This document shows positions 1 to 9,361 of a DNA stretch of 38,786 bases, piece by piece. Location: contig JANMHL010000110.1 of assembly GCA_031375125.1 (NCBI GenBank), forward strand, positions 1 to 38,786, given 5' to 3'. The notes below the pieces were generated by a model. It had not been told where the DNA came from. It did not search any database and was given only the letters and a program-made list of their open reading frames with translations. Source of the DNA: Novosphingobium sp. (GTDB lineage: Bacteria; Pseudomonadota; Alphaproteobacteria; Sphingomonadales; Sphingomonadaceae). The first letter of the stretch is position 1. Every line of letters begins with the position of its first letter. The position numbers were made by a program, and so were the translations under genes.

Positions 1-6
1 TTTGGC

Positions 7-1929
7 ATGAGCTCCACTCCGGCAACTCCGCTGCTCGATACTGTCGATGTTCCCGCCGATCTGCGCGCACTGGCCCCCGGCCAGCTGCGGCAATTGGCCG
101 ATGAACTGCGCAGCGAGATGATCTCCGCCGTCGGCACCACTGGCGGCCACCTGGGTTCCGGGCTTGGCGTGGTCGAACTGACCGTCGCGATCCACTATGT
201 TTTCAACACGCCGGATGATCGGCTGATCTGGGATGTTGGCCATCAGGCCTATCCGCACAAGATCCTGACCGGGCGGCGTGACCGTATCCGGACCCTGCGC
301 AGCGGCGGCGGCCTGTCGGGCTTTACCAAACGGAGCGAGAGCGAATACGATCCGTTCGGCGCGGCCCACAGCTCAACCTCGATCTCGGCCGCACTGGGTT
401 TTGCCGTGGCGAACAAGCTGGCAGGCACCCCGGGCAAGGGCATCGCAGTGATCGGTGACGGCGCGATGAGCGCGGGCATGGCCTATGAGGCGATGAACAA
501 CGCGGCAGTGGCGGGCAATCGCCTGATCGTGATCCTGAACGATAACGATATGTCGATTGCGCCGCCGGTTGGCGGGCTTTCGGCCTATCTCGCCCGGCTG
601 GTCTCCTCGCGGCCCTTTCTGCAACTGCGCGATATCGCCCGGCGAATCTCCCGCCGCCTGCCCGAACCGCTGCACAAGGCCGCCAAAAAGACCGACGAAT
701 TCGCTCGCGGGATGGCGATGGGCGGGACGCTGTTTGAGGAACTGGGGTTCTATTACGTCGGGCCAATCGATGGCCACAATATCGACCAGCTGGTTCCGAT
801 TCTGGAAAACGTCCGCGATGCCGCCGAAGGGCCGTGCCTGATCCATGTCGTGACGCAAAAGGGCAAGGGCTACGGCCCGGCAGAGGCCAGCGCCGACAAA
901 TATCACGGCGTGCAAAAGTTTGACGTGATCACCGGCCAACAGGTCAAAGCCGCCGCATCGGCCCCGGCCTATCAGAACGTGTTCGGTGAAACGCTGGCCA
1001 AGCTGGCCGATACCGACCCGCTGATCTGTGCAATCACCGCCGCCATGCCGAGCGGGACCGGCGTGGACAAGTTCGCCGCCGCGCACCCCAGCCGCGCGTT
1101 CGATGTCGGGATTGCCGAACAGCACGGGGTGACTTTCGCCGCGGGCCTCGCCGCGCAGGGAATGCGGCCGTTCTGCGCGATTTACTCCACCTTCCTGCAG
1201 CGCGCCTACGATCAGGTGGTCCACGATGTGGCGATCCAGAACCTGCCGGTTCGCTTTGCGATCGACCGCGCAGGCCTAGTCGGCGCGGATGGCGCGACTC
1301 ACGCCGGTTCGTTCGACATCACCTACCTTGCGTCCTTGCCCAACTTCGTGGTGATGGCGGCGGCGGACGAGGCGGAACTGGTCCACATGACCTATACCGC
1401 TGCGCTCCATGACAGCGGGCCAATCGCGTTCCGCTATCCACGCGGGAACGGCACCGGGGTGGAAATGCCTGAGGTGCCGGTGGCGCTGGAGATCGGCAAA
1501 GGCCGGATCGTCAAGCACGGCAGCAAGGTCGCGATCCTTTCGCTCGGCACGCGGCTGGCCGAAGCATTGAAAGCCGCCGAGCAGCTGGAAGCCAAGGGCT
1601 TGTCCACCACGGTCGCCGACCTGCGCTTTGCCAAGCCGCTCGACGTGGACCTGATCCGGCAACTGATGGCCACCCACGAAGTGATCGTGACGGTCGAAGA
1701 AGGCAGCATCGGCGGGCTCGGCGCCCACGTGCTGACCATGGCCAGCGACGAAGGCCTGACCGACGCAGGCCTGAAAATCCGCACGCTGCGTCTGCCGGAT
1801 GTGTTCCAGGACCACGACGCGCCGGACAAGCAGTATGATACCGCCGGGCTGAACGCGGGCGGGATCGTCGATTGCGTGCTGAAGGCGCTGCGGCACAATT
1901 CGGCCGGGGTTGAAGAGGCGCGGGCTTAA
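7..1929 (+). CDS. dxs: 1-deoxy-D-xylulose-5-phosphate synthase
   Basis: 640 aa; [23 protein letters not shown]-binding GDGA...[19 protein letters not shown] motifs. Confidence 0.98.
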   Translation: MSSTPATPLLDTVDVPADLRALAPGQLRQLADELRSEMISAVGTTGGHLGSGLGVVELTVAIHYVFNTPDDRLIWDVGHQAYPHKILTGRRDRIRTLRSGGGLSGFTKRSESEYDPFGAAHSSTSISAALGFAVANKLAGTPGKGIAVIGDGAMSAGMAYEAMNNAAVAGNRLIVILNDNDMSIAPPVGGLSAYLARLVSSRPFLQLRDIARRISRRLPEPLHKAAKKTDEFARGMAMGGTLFEELGFYYVGPIDGHNIDQLVPILENVRDAAEGPCLIHVVTQKGKGYGPAEASADKYHGVQKFDVITGQQVKAAASAPAYQNVFGETLAKLADTDPLICAITAAMPSGTGVDKFAAAHPSRAFDVGIAEQHGVTFAAGLAAQGMRPFCAIYSTFLQRAYDQVVHDVAIQNLPVRFAIDRAGLVGADGATHAGSFDITYLASLPNFVVMAAADEAELVHMTYTAALHDSGPIAFRYPRGNGTGVEMPEVPVALEIGKGRIVKHGSKVAILSLGTRLAEALKAAEQLEAKGLSTTVADLRFAKPLDVDLIRQLMATHEVIVTVEEGSIGGLGAHVLTMASDEGLTDAGLKIRTLRLPDVFQDHDAPDKQYDTAGLNAGGIVDCVLKALRHNSAGVEEARA

Positions 1930-2792
1930 TGGATATTGGCGAACTTCCTAAATATCACGAGTTGATGCAGCCAACTCTGGTGGCGCTCGAAAGAATTGGA
2001 GGCTCAGCCTCTCTCAACGAAATCAACGACACGGTAATCGAGCTTGTTGGTTTGCCGGGTGATGCGTTGGATGTCGAATACGAGAGTGGGGCAGGGGCTG
2101 TCATCCCGGATCGGCTTTCTTGGGCTCGGAGCCATTTGAAGGCTGGCGGTCTACTAGCGTCTGGTGGTCGAGGAATTTGGCTGCTGACCGATGAAGGCAA
2201 GCAGGCGATTTCATGGCCAAGCGAGGTTTTGCGGCGCAAGATTGCCGCTGTCATTCGGGCCAAGCACGGCAATCGAAATAAGACACCTGTCAGTGAAAAC
2301 GACGTACCAATGGGCAATCCTGACGCTGAATTCACTGACTGGCGCGACTCTTTGCTGAGTAAGCTTCGCTCAATGGACCCGGCAGCATTCGAACGACTTT
2401 GTCAGAGGATTTTGCGAGAGTCGGGTTTCGTGAAGGTAGAAGTCACTGGGCGCTCTGGTGACGGAGGCATTGATGGGACTGGAATTCTCCAACTGAGTCT
2501 CATGTCGTTCCATGTGCTTTTTCAATGCAAGCGTTACCAAGGTTCGGTTGGATCAGGCGCTGTTCGCGATTGTCGCGGTGCAATGATGGGTCGGACCGAC
2601 AAGGGATTGATCATTACGACTGGCACTTTTTCACCCGACGCTCGTCGCGAAGCGACCCGCGATGGCGCTCCACCAATTGACTTGATCGATGGTGAGTCAC
2701 TCTGTGAAAAACTCAAGGAATTAAGCTTGGGAGTTGAAACAGAAATGGTCCCTGTGGTGACCGTTAAGATCGACTGGTTTGACCAGATTTAG
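1929..2792 (+). CDS. mrr: Mrr-family (type IV) restriction endonuclease
   Basis: N-terminal Mrr_N-like winged helix (LPKYHELMQP...WARSHLK) and C-terminal nuclease motifs FERLC, DGGIDG, QCKRY, IDLIDG; ATG overlaps the dxs stop (TAATG). Confidence 0.9.
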   Translation: MDIGELPKYHELMQPTLVALERIGGSASLNEINDTVIELVGLPGDALDVEYESGAGAVIPDRLSWARSHLKAGGLLASGGRGIWLLTDEGKQAISWPSEVLRRKIAAVIRAKHGNRNKTPVSENDVPMGNPDAEFTDWRDSLLSKLRSMDPAAFERLCQRILRESGFVKVEVTGRSGDGGIDGTGILQLSLMSFHVLFQCKRYQGSVGSGAVRDCRGAMMGRTDKGLIITTGTFSPDARREATRDGAPPIDLIDGESLCEKLKELSLGVETEMVPVVTVKIDWFDQI

Positions 2793-2928
2793 ACTCACGC
2801 AGTTCTTGCTGTTCGACCATACGCCTGATTGCATCATTGACAAACGAATCAACGGACAGCCCAAGCTTTTCAGCATGTGCGCGAAGCATCTCCTCGTTTT
2901 CAGCACCGATATCTATGTAAAACGTCAC
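2764..2928 (-). CDS. Small ribbon-helix-helix (CopG/Arc/MetJ-like) protein, 54 aa, absent from the ORF track
   Basis: Hand translation from GTG: MTFYIDIGAENEEMLRAHAEKLGLSVDSFVNDAIRRMVEQQELRESKSGQTSRS*; AAAGAGGG just upstream; strand-helix-GxS-helix pattern. Confidence 0.6.
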   Translation of the reverse strand: MTFYIDIGAENEEMLRAHAEKLGLSVDSFVNDAIRRMVEQQELRESKSGQTSRS

Positions 2929-3031
2929 AAACCCTCTTTAACTAATGAATATCGATTTGTCCCTGTCGCGCAAGATTCGACTGGTCCAAAATGGATCTTG
3001 GAGCTCACTTAGACAGACCCTGTTTGACTGC

Positions 3032-3718
3032 TTACCCGAGCCACCGCCACACCCCCGCCGCCATTCCGATCAACCAGCCATGCGCCCAGCTGGCCGCCAG
3101 CCACAGCGCGATCCCGCCGAGCCATGGCACCGCCCCGGCTTTGCCCAGCGCGCCCCACTTTGGCCAATAGCTGGTCTTCGCTTCCCAGCCCTGCCAGGCC
3201 CCGCCCATCAACTCTTCCTTTTTGCGGTCCTGCAGATGCGATCCGGCCAGGGCCAGGACTGCCACGGCGAGGCTGAGCACGATCACCCGCGGGGTTGGGC
3301 TGACCAACAAATGCGCTGCGCTCCACAGCGCGAACGACCACATCATCGGGTGGCGGGTAACCTGGAATACGCCGTGCGGGGCTTTGCTGGCGAGCGCGGC
3401 AGCGCCCGGTGCAGGCAAAGCCGGATTGCCGATGAACGAGCCCACCAACAGCACCGACGCGATCAGCATCAGCAGCGTGGCCGCGACCCACGGACCGTCG
3501 GCGATCCCATTCCACAGTGGCGCAGCGGGCGGCACGGCGCGGAAGGCCATGACCAGCCAGCCGAGCGTGGCAAAGGCGACCAGCGAATAGAGCGCGGGAA
3601 AGGCCTTTTCCCCGGTGATCCGCACCATCGGCGCGCGCAACGGGTGCGACAAGGCGAAATGGGTTCCGACAAAAGCAAGCGAAGCGGCGGTCAGGTTGGC
3701 AAGCGCGTGGTCCATCAT
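3032..3718 (-). CDS. NnrU-family membrane protein
   Basis: FVGTH...LR, YSLV, TRHPMMW motifs and multiple hydrophobic helices. Confidence 0.85.
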   Translation of the reverse strand: MMDHALANLTAASLAFVGTHFALSHPLRAPMVRITGEKAFPALYSLVAFATLGWLVMAFRAVPPAAPLWNGIADGPWVAATLLMLIASVLLVGSFIGNPALPAPGAAALASKAPHGVFQVTRHPMMWSFALWSAAHLLVSPTPRVIVLSLAVAVLALAGSHLQDRKKEELMGGAWQGWEAKTSYWPKWGALGKAGAVPWLGGIALWLAASWAHGWLIGMAAGVWRWLG

Positions 3719-3725
3719 TCGGCCC

Positions 3726-3748
3726 CTATGTTTACGGCGTGAACATAG
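3726..3748. promoter_or_regulatory. Palindromic operator candidate upstream of the NnrU-family gene
   Basis: CTATGTTTACG-G-CGTGAACATAG; 11-bp arms with 1 mismatch, 7 bp from the start codon. Confidence 0.6.
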
Positions 3749-3868
3749 CTAACACAGTCCAGCGCCATTGCAAGCAACGTGGGCGATTTTCCTACAACGG
3801 CCTAATCGGGTAAGGCCTTGGCACAACCACACAGCGGCATCGGCGATCCCCGGAAACGCTCAAAATTT

Positions 3869-3884
3869 CATCAACCACTTGATA
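3869..3884. promoter_or_regulatory. IHF-consensus site(s)
   Basis: CAACCACTTGATA (3872-3884) matches YAANNNNTTGATW exactly; overlapping CATCAACCACTTG matches the opposite orientation except at one position. Confidence 0.5.
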
Positions 3885-3954
3885 TAATGTGATTATAGCA
3901 AATTTTCAAGTTGGTTTGTGCCGCCCTTTCGCCGCATTGGTGCACGCCTTGACC

Positions 3955-3984
3955 CAGTTTGTGTCGGTTTGTGCCAGTTTGTGC
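3955..3984 (+). repeat. Three tandem 10-bp direct repeats
   Basis: CAGTTTGTGT CGGTTTGTGC CAGTTTGTGC; further copy GGTTTGTGCC at 3913-3922. Confidence 0.8.
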
Positions 3985-3989
3985 AGGCT

Positions 3990-5279
3990 TTACCAATCAT
4001 AGGCTTTGGGCAGCGCGCCCTCAGTCGGCGAACCCTTATAGCGATCGCGCAGGCGAGTCTGGTGATCCTTCAGCGGTTGTTCGACTCCGTCGATATAGAC
4101 CGCGGTTACCCCGCTGGTCAGCTCCAGCGGATCGCCATCCCAGATCACCACATCGCCCTGCCGCCCGGGCCGGAGCGAGCCGATTTTGTCGCCCAGCCCC
4201 AGCGCCTCGGCCGGGCCCGAACTGATCGCGGCAAAGGCCTGATTCCAGGTCAGCCCGCTGGCCCCCGGAACCTTGCTCAGTGCCACCATGTTCCCGGCAT
4301 ATTGCGGGGCATAGCGCGGCTGATCAAAGAACGCGCCAAGCGAGACTTTGACCCCGCCCGCTTTCATCCGCCCGACATTGGACTGAGTCGCGCCCAATTG
4401 TTCAAAGCTGGCGGGCAGATCATTCAGCGGGGTGGCCAGCACCGGCACGCCAGACTGGGCCAGTTCGCCCGAGACCATCCAGCCCTCGGTCGCGCCGACG
4501 ATCACCAGTTTAATCAGCGGGTATTCCTGTTTCAGTTTCAGCACCGCCCGGATATCGGCGGCACGCTCAACATGGACGTAGAGCGGCTGCTTGCCGGTCA
4601 CCACCGGGATCAGCGCCACAGCGTCCCGGCGGTTGAGCAACACGTCATCGCGGCGCGCCCCAGCCGGTACAGCGGACAATTCGCGCGCTTCACCGAGCGA
4701 ATTGTGCAATTCCGCCCAGGTCGCAACCCGGCTGCCACCCGCGCGGCGCGCGCCGGTTTCGCCCAGCTCAACATACTGGAAAGCACGCGGGACCATGATC
4801 GGGTTGGGATCTGCCCCCAGATCGATCACCACGCCCTGCCCGCCAAAGATCGTATCGGTGCCAATCGGTGCAACCGCCGCGCGGGTAACCCCGCCGGCCC
4901 GGCTGACCTTGATATGCTGGGCATCGGGATTGATCGCCTGGCTGAGGTCAAGACTGGCGCTGAACGGGCTTTTATCGGCATCGGCATCGTTGCTGTCATC
5001 AACCGCTTCGACATCGAACAGGCCCAGATTGGTGACCGCCACCACCAGCCCCGGGGTGACCCATTTGCCGCTGGCGTCGACTTTGCGCACACCTGCCGGA
5101 ACCACGACATCGCGCCCGACCGCGACGACTTTGCCGTCCTGCACCAGCACCGTCGCGCCGTCGATCGGATCGCTGCCATCGCCGATGACAACCTTGCCGC
5201 CGGTGATCGCCACCGTCTGCGCCAAGGCCGGACTGGCGATCCCGCAGAGCAGCGCTGCGAGCAGATATCGCGCGCTCAT
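3990..5279 (-). CDS. Exported amidohydrolase-superfamily protein with degenerate metal site
   Basis: Signal peptide (ASPALA/Q); amidohydrolase framework (DASGKWVTPGL, GSLRPGRQGDVVIWDGDPL); HxH replaced by VTN. Confidence 0.85.
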   Translation of the reverse strand: MSARYLLAALLCGIASPALAQTVAITGGKVVIGDGSDPIDGATVLVQDGKVVAVGRDVVVPAGVRKVDASGKWVTPGLVVAVTNLGLFDVEAVDDSNDADADKSPFSASLDLSQAINPDAQHIKVSRAGGVTRAAVAPIGTDTIFGGQGVVIDLGADPNPIMVPRAFQYVELGETGARRAGGSRVATWAELHNSLGEARELSAVPAGARRDDVLLNRRDAVALIPVVTGKQPLYVHVERAADIRAVLKLKQEYPLIKLVIVGATEGWMVSGELAQSGVPVLATPLNDLPASFEQLGATQSNVGRMKAGGVKVSLGAFFDQPRYAPQYAGNMVALSKVPGASGLTWNQAFAAISSGPAEALGLGDKIGSLRPGRQGDVVIWDGDPLELTSGVTAVYIDGVEQPLKDHQTRLRDRYKGSPTEGALPKAYDW

Positions 5280-6691
5280 TTCACGTCTCCTTCGCCGGGC
5301 TGGCCAAGTTCAAAATCACTGACCGCGCGGCGTTTGCGGTCGGCGCTGTCAAACAGCATCGCGCCATCGACCCAGACCTTTTCGGGCCGCGAATAGACCG
5401 ACAGCGGGTTGCCGTTCCACAGCACCAGATCGGCGCCCTTGCCCGGTTCCAGACTGCCGGTCAGCTTGTCGATCCCAATTGCCTTGGCCGGGTTAAGCGT
5501 CAGCCAGCGGATCACTTCGCCGTCCGGCACCACAACCCCGATCCGCTTGGCATCGCCCTGTGCTTTGGCGGCTTCCTGATTGAGCCGCTGTATGCCGTTT
5601 TCATCGTCTGAATGGATCACCACACAGGCCCCGGCCTTGAACAGGATCCCGGCGTTTTCGGGGATCCCGTCATAGGCTTCCATCTTGAAGCCCCACCAAT
5701 CGGCCCAGACCGCCGAGCAAGTGCCCGCCGCCGCCAGCAGATCGCCGATCTTGTAAGCTTCGACCGCATGGTGGAACGTGCTGACTTTGTAACCAAATTC
5801 CTTGCCCATATCGAGCACCACGGCCATTTCATCAGCGCGGTAACAGTGGTTCTGAACCAAAATTTCGCCGTCGAGCACCCCCACCAGCGTTTCCATGCCA
5901 AGGTCGCGGCTCTCCAGCTTTCCGGCTTCGCGTTTGGCGCGGTATTCGCTGGCCTTGATCCAGGTTTCGCGGTTGACCGCGAGGTTACCCATCCGGGTCG
6001 AAGGCGCGCGGCCCTTGCTGCCGTAAACCCGCTTGGGGTTTTCCCCGCAGGCCATTTTGAGACTGTAAGGCGCGGCGGGAAACTTCATCGCCTGCATCGT
6101 CCGCGCCGGAACGTTTTTCAGCACCACCCCGCGCCCGCCCATCAGGTTGCCGCTGCCCGGCAGCACCAACAGCGCGGTAACCCCGCCATTGGCCATCGCC
6201 CGGCTGAACCCGGGATCCTGCGGCCAGACCGAATGCTCCGCCCAGACGTTGGGCGTGGTCGGGTTGGTCAGTTCGTTGCCATCGGAATGCGCCTCAACCC
6301 CGGGGCTGGGATAATCGCCCAGATGGCTGTGAGCGTCGATGATCCCGGGGGTGATGAACTTACCGCTGGCGTCGATCCGGGTGTAGCCGTCAGGCACCGC
6401 CAGATCAGGCCCGCCGACCGCGACCACTTTGCCGTCCTTGATCAGCACCGTGCCGCGATCAATCTGCCGCCCGGTGCCGTCAAACACCGTACCGCCAACC
6501 AATGCGGTCGGCGCCCCGGCATAGGCCTTGTAGGTCGACGGATAAGGATCCTTGTTGAAATCCCGCGCAGCCTTGATGGCGGGGGTTTCGTCCTTCTTGT
6601 CCTTGGCCAAACCGGGAGCAGTTCCGCCCAGCACCATGGCGCAAGCGGCGGCAGACAGCAGCGAACGGGGCAATTTGCGCATCGGGGTCAC
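5276..6691 (-). CDS. Exported metal-dependent amidohydrolase
   Basis: Signal peptide; PGIIDAHSH, KMACGENP, NHCY, FHHA, IHSDD metal-ligand motifs. Confidence 0.9.
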   Translation of the reverse strand: MTPMRKLPRSLLSAAACAMVLGGTAPGLAKDKKDETPAIKAARDFNKDPYPSTYKAYAGAPTALVGGTVFDGTGRQIDRGTVLIKDGKVVAVGGPDLAVPDGYTRIDASGKFITPGIIDAHSHLGDYPSPGVEAHSDGNELTNPTTPNVWAEHSVWPQDPGFSRAMANGGVTALLVLPGSGNLMGGRGVVLKNVPARTMQAMKFPAAPYSLKMACGENPKRVYGSKGRAPSTRMGNLAVNRETWIKASEYRAKREAGKLESRDLGMETLVGVLDGEILVQNHCYRADEMAVVLDMGKEFGYKVSTFHHAVEAYKIGDLLAAAGTCSAVWADWWGFKMEAYDGIPENAGILFKAGACVVIHSDDENGIQRLNQEAAKAQGDAKRIGVVVPDGEVIRWLTLNPAKAIGIDKLTGSLEPGKGADLVLWNGNPLSVYSRPEKVWVDGAMLFDSADRKRRAVSDFELGQPGEGDVK

Positions 6692-8256
6692 TCCGCTTTG
6701 GGCTCGGGCCGGTCCTCAAGCGTGTCGAGGTGCATCCAGCGTTTGACGATCGGTGAAACCAGCAGCACCGCAACCGAAACCCCAATCGTGATCCAGCCGA
6801 TCTTTGAATAGATCGCAAGGGTCAGCTCCCTCGACATCTCGCCGCCTTCGCCGCCGGTTGCTTCCCCGATCTTGCCCGCGACAAAATTGCCCACGGCCGT
6901 CATGTAGAACCACGCCCCCATGATGAAGCTGGCCAGGTGCAGCGGCGCCAGTCGCGCCATCGCCGAAAGGCCGACCGGGGAAAGACACAGTTCGCCAGTG
7001 GTGTGGAGCAGATAGATCAGGAACACGAAGATTACCGGGGTCAGCACGTTTGCGCCGACCGTATTGGCACCCCAGACAAACACCAGAAAGCCCAGTCCAA
7101 CCTGCGTGAGCGCGAGTCCAAACTTGGCCGGAGCCGAAGGTTCGAGCCCCTTGCGCCCAAGGTATTGCCAAAGCGCGGCGAAGATCGGGGCGAACATCAC
7201 AATGTAGATCGGGTTGATCGACTGGAACAGGCTGGTTGGCACACCCGACCGGTCAACATAGCGATCGGTATAGAGATTGAGGCTACCTCCGCCCTGTTCA
7301 AACAGCCCCCAGAAGATCGGGTTGAGTGCGATCAGGAACAGCATTGCGAACATCCGTTCACGCGGTTCCTTGGGAAGCTTGAAGGCTTCGTAGAGCGTGT
7401 AGCCGAGCATCGCGAGGCCTGAGATCAGCAGCAGGTTCTGGATCACATCCTGGAACCGGATCAGCATCCAGATCACCGCGACTGCGCCAAGGCCGACGGC
7501 ATAAAGCGTCGTCTCGCGCTTGCGGGTAAGCAGAGCCGGTGCTTCGCCGCGCCCCTGCAGGGCCGGCTTGCCAATTACGAAGATGATCAGGCCGACGACC
7601 ATGCCGATCCCAGCCAAGCCAAAGCCATAGGCCCAGCCAATTGTCTCGCCCAGATAGCCGACCAGGATCGTACCGAGCGCCGCGCCGACATTCACCCCCA
7701 TATAGAAGATCGTATAGGCCGCATCGCGGCGCACGTCGGTCATCTTGTAGAGCTGGCCGACAATCACCGAGATGTTCGCCTTGAGGAAACCCGAACCGAC
7801 GATGATAAACGCCAGTGCCGCCCAGAACACGTTGATTGCGGGATCGGTTTGACCGCCGTTACCCTCAACCGCCATCAGGGTATGGCCGATCGCCAGCATG
7901 ACCCCACCAAAGATCACCGCCTTGCGCTGGCCAAGATAACGGTCGGCAATCAAGCCGCCGAGCACCGGAGTGATATAGACCAATGCACCATAGGCGCCGT
8001 AGATCAGGTTGGCTTTGCCATCGGCAAACAGCCAGTGCTTGGTCAGATAGAGCACCAGCAGCGCCCGCATCCCATAATACGAAAAGCGTTCCCACATTTC
8101 GGCATAGAACAGAACGAACAGTCCGCGCGGGTGACCAACCACTTCCTCGCTTTTGCGACTGGCGATCAACCCGCCGATGGCGAGAAAGCCGAACAGGAAC
8201 AGCGCGGCGATCGCCGCGATCCAGTCGCCCTCATTCCACAGACCCATATCTTTCAT
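6688..8256 (-). CDS. POT/PTR family proton-dependent oligopeptide transporter
   Basis: ExxERFSYYG, GSGFLKANI, FYMGVNVG, FQSINP, GELCLSPVG motifs. Confidence 0.95.
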   Translation of the reverse strand: MKDMGLWNEGDWIAAIAALFLFGFLAIGGLIASRKSEEVVGHPRGLFVLFYAEMWERFSYYGMRALLVLYLTKHWLFADGKANLIYGAYGALVYITPVLGGLIADRYLGQRKAVIFGGVMLAIGHTLMAVEGNGGQTDPAINVFWAALAFIIVGSGFLKANISVIVGQLYKMTDVRRDAAYTIFYMGVNVGAALGTILVGYLGETIGWAYGFGLAGIGMVVGLIIFVIGKPALQGRGEAPALLTRKRETTLYAVGLGAVAVIWMLIRFQDVIQNLLLISGLAMLGYTLYEAFKLPKEPRERMFAMLFLIALNPIFWGLFEQGGGSLNLYTDRYVDRSGVPTSLFQSINPIYIVMFAPIFAALWQYLGRKGLEPSAPAKFGLALTQVGLGFLVFVWGANTVGANVLTPVIFVFLIYLLHTTGELCLSPVGLSAMARLAPLHLASFIMGAWFYMTAVGNFVAGKIGEATGGEGGEMSRELTLAIYSKIGWITIGVSVAVLLVSPIVKRWMHLDTLEDRPEPKAE

Positions 8257-8412
8257 GAAAAGCTCCCCAAAATAGTCATTCGCAGCCGATCCCGGCGGCT
8301 GCTTGCATGGCCGGGAGACTAGCCGCGATTTCGCCGCTGTGAAGTGAAATTTGCCGCGCTTGATGGTTTGTTGCTTCCGCGCCGCTCAGGCCAAACCGCT
8401 TGCGTGCGGCGC

Positions 8413-8432
8413 TGTATTATGGCACTGATGCA
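8413..8432. promoter_or_regulatory. YtrA-type operator candidate (autoregulation)
   Basis: TGTATTA-N6-TGATGCA imperfect palindrome 2 bp before the ATG of the GntR gene. Confidence 0.5.
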
Positions 8433-8434
8433 CC

Positions 8435-8779
8435 ATGCCCCAGTCCAGCAAACCCGTGTATCTGAAACTCCGCGATACGATCGCCGCGGCGATCATTGAC
8501 GGAACCTATCCGGATGGGGCCATGCTCCCTTCGGTCCGGGCCTTTGCCGCCGATCAGGGCGCCAATCCGCTGACCGTGGCCAAGGCCTATCAACTGTTCC
8601 AGCTTGATGGACTGGTAGAAGTGCAGCGCGGGGTCGGGATGTTTGTGGCGCGCGGCGCAGCGGACAAGTTGCGGCGCAGCGAGCGCGAACGGTTCCTCGA
8701 AATCGAGTGGCCGGCGATTTGCCAGCGGATCGAACGGCTTGGCATCCAGCCTGCCGAGCTGATTTCCGAAAAACTGTAA
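8435..8779 (+). CDS. GntR-family (YtrA subfamily) transcriptional regulator
   Basis: 114 aa; PVYLKL, LPSVR, NPLTVAKAY, RGVGMFV; short C-terminal helix typical of YtrA. Confidence 0.92.
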   Translation: MPQSSKPVYLKLRDTIAAAIIDGTYPDGAMLPSVRAFAADQGANPLTVAKAYQLFQLDGLVEVQRGVGMFVARGAADKLRRSERERFLEIEWPAICQRIERLGIQPAELISEKL

Positions 8780-8929
8780 GAAAATATACGGATTCCATTT
8801 GCGCATCCGACCTGCTTTTGGCAGTGTCGTGACTGTGCAGTGCTGCTTTTCCCGGGTCGGAAGTTGTGCCGCGCTTTTTACCAATGATTTGGCGGGAGCC
8901 GCACCTGCGGTCCCTTTGAAAGGCGTGTT

Positions 8930-9211
8930 ATGATCCGTTCCGAACTGGTTGCCGCTCTGGCCCGCGAAAACCCCGGCCTCCGGCTTGAAGAAGTCGAAAA
9001 GGCGGTCGGCACTTTCTTTGATGAAATCGCCGCGCGTCTCGCCTCTGGCGGACGGGTTGAGCTGCGCGGTTTTGGCGCTTTTTCAACCCGCGCCCGCGAT
9101 GCCCGCAAGGGCCGCAATCCGCGCACCGGCGAAACCGTCAGCGTGCCCGGCAAAAGTGTTCCCTATTTCAAACCCGGCAAGGAACTGCGCGCACGGCTGA
9201 ACGCGGACTAG
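8930..9211 (+). CDS. ihfB: Integration host factor beta subunit
   Basis: [35 protein letters not shown]. Confidence 0.88.
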   Translation: MIRSELVAALARENPGLRLEEVEKAVGTFFDEIAARLASGGRVELRGFGAFSTRARDARKGRNPRTGETVSVPGKSVPYFKPGKELRARLNAD

Positions 9212-9227
9212 CACGGTCCAGTTCTAG

Positions 9228-9252
9228 GGAGCGGGACTAGTCAGCCCGCTCC
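9228..9252 (+). other. GC hairpin between ihfB and tRNA (processing or termination signal)
   Basis: GGAGCGGG-9nt-CCCGCTCC; no U-tract. Confidence 0.35.
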
Positions 9253-9276
9253 AGTTCTGCCACATCGCTTGCGCGC

Positions 9277-9361
9277 GCGGACGTGGCGGAATGGTAGACG
9301 CCGGGGACTTAAAATCCCCTGAGCTTAGCTCGTGTGGGTTCGAGTCCCACCGTCCGCACCA
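9277..9361 (+). tRNA. tRNA-Leu, anticodon UAA
   Basis: Acceptor GCGGACG/CGTCCGC, anticodon arm GGGGA-CTTAAAA-TCCCC, long variable arm, GTTCGAG T-loop, encoded CCA. Confidence 0.97.

Noticed and set aside
2779-3012. 77-aa plus-strand ORF after mrr
   Set aside because: Antisense to the better-supported RHH ORF, with no RBS or motif
3877-3903. dif-like site ACTTGATATAA-TGTGA-TTATAGCAAAT
   Set aside because: The arms resemble XerC/XerD sites, but the spacer is 5 bp rather than 6 and the XerD arm has 3 mismatches; kept only as part of the att-like finding
9217-9258. TCCAGTTCT direct repeat flanking a hairpin (possible target duplication)
   Set aside because: Only 9 bp around a 24-bp segment; could be chance and no second copy was seen
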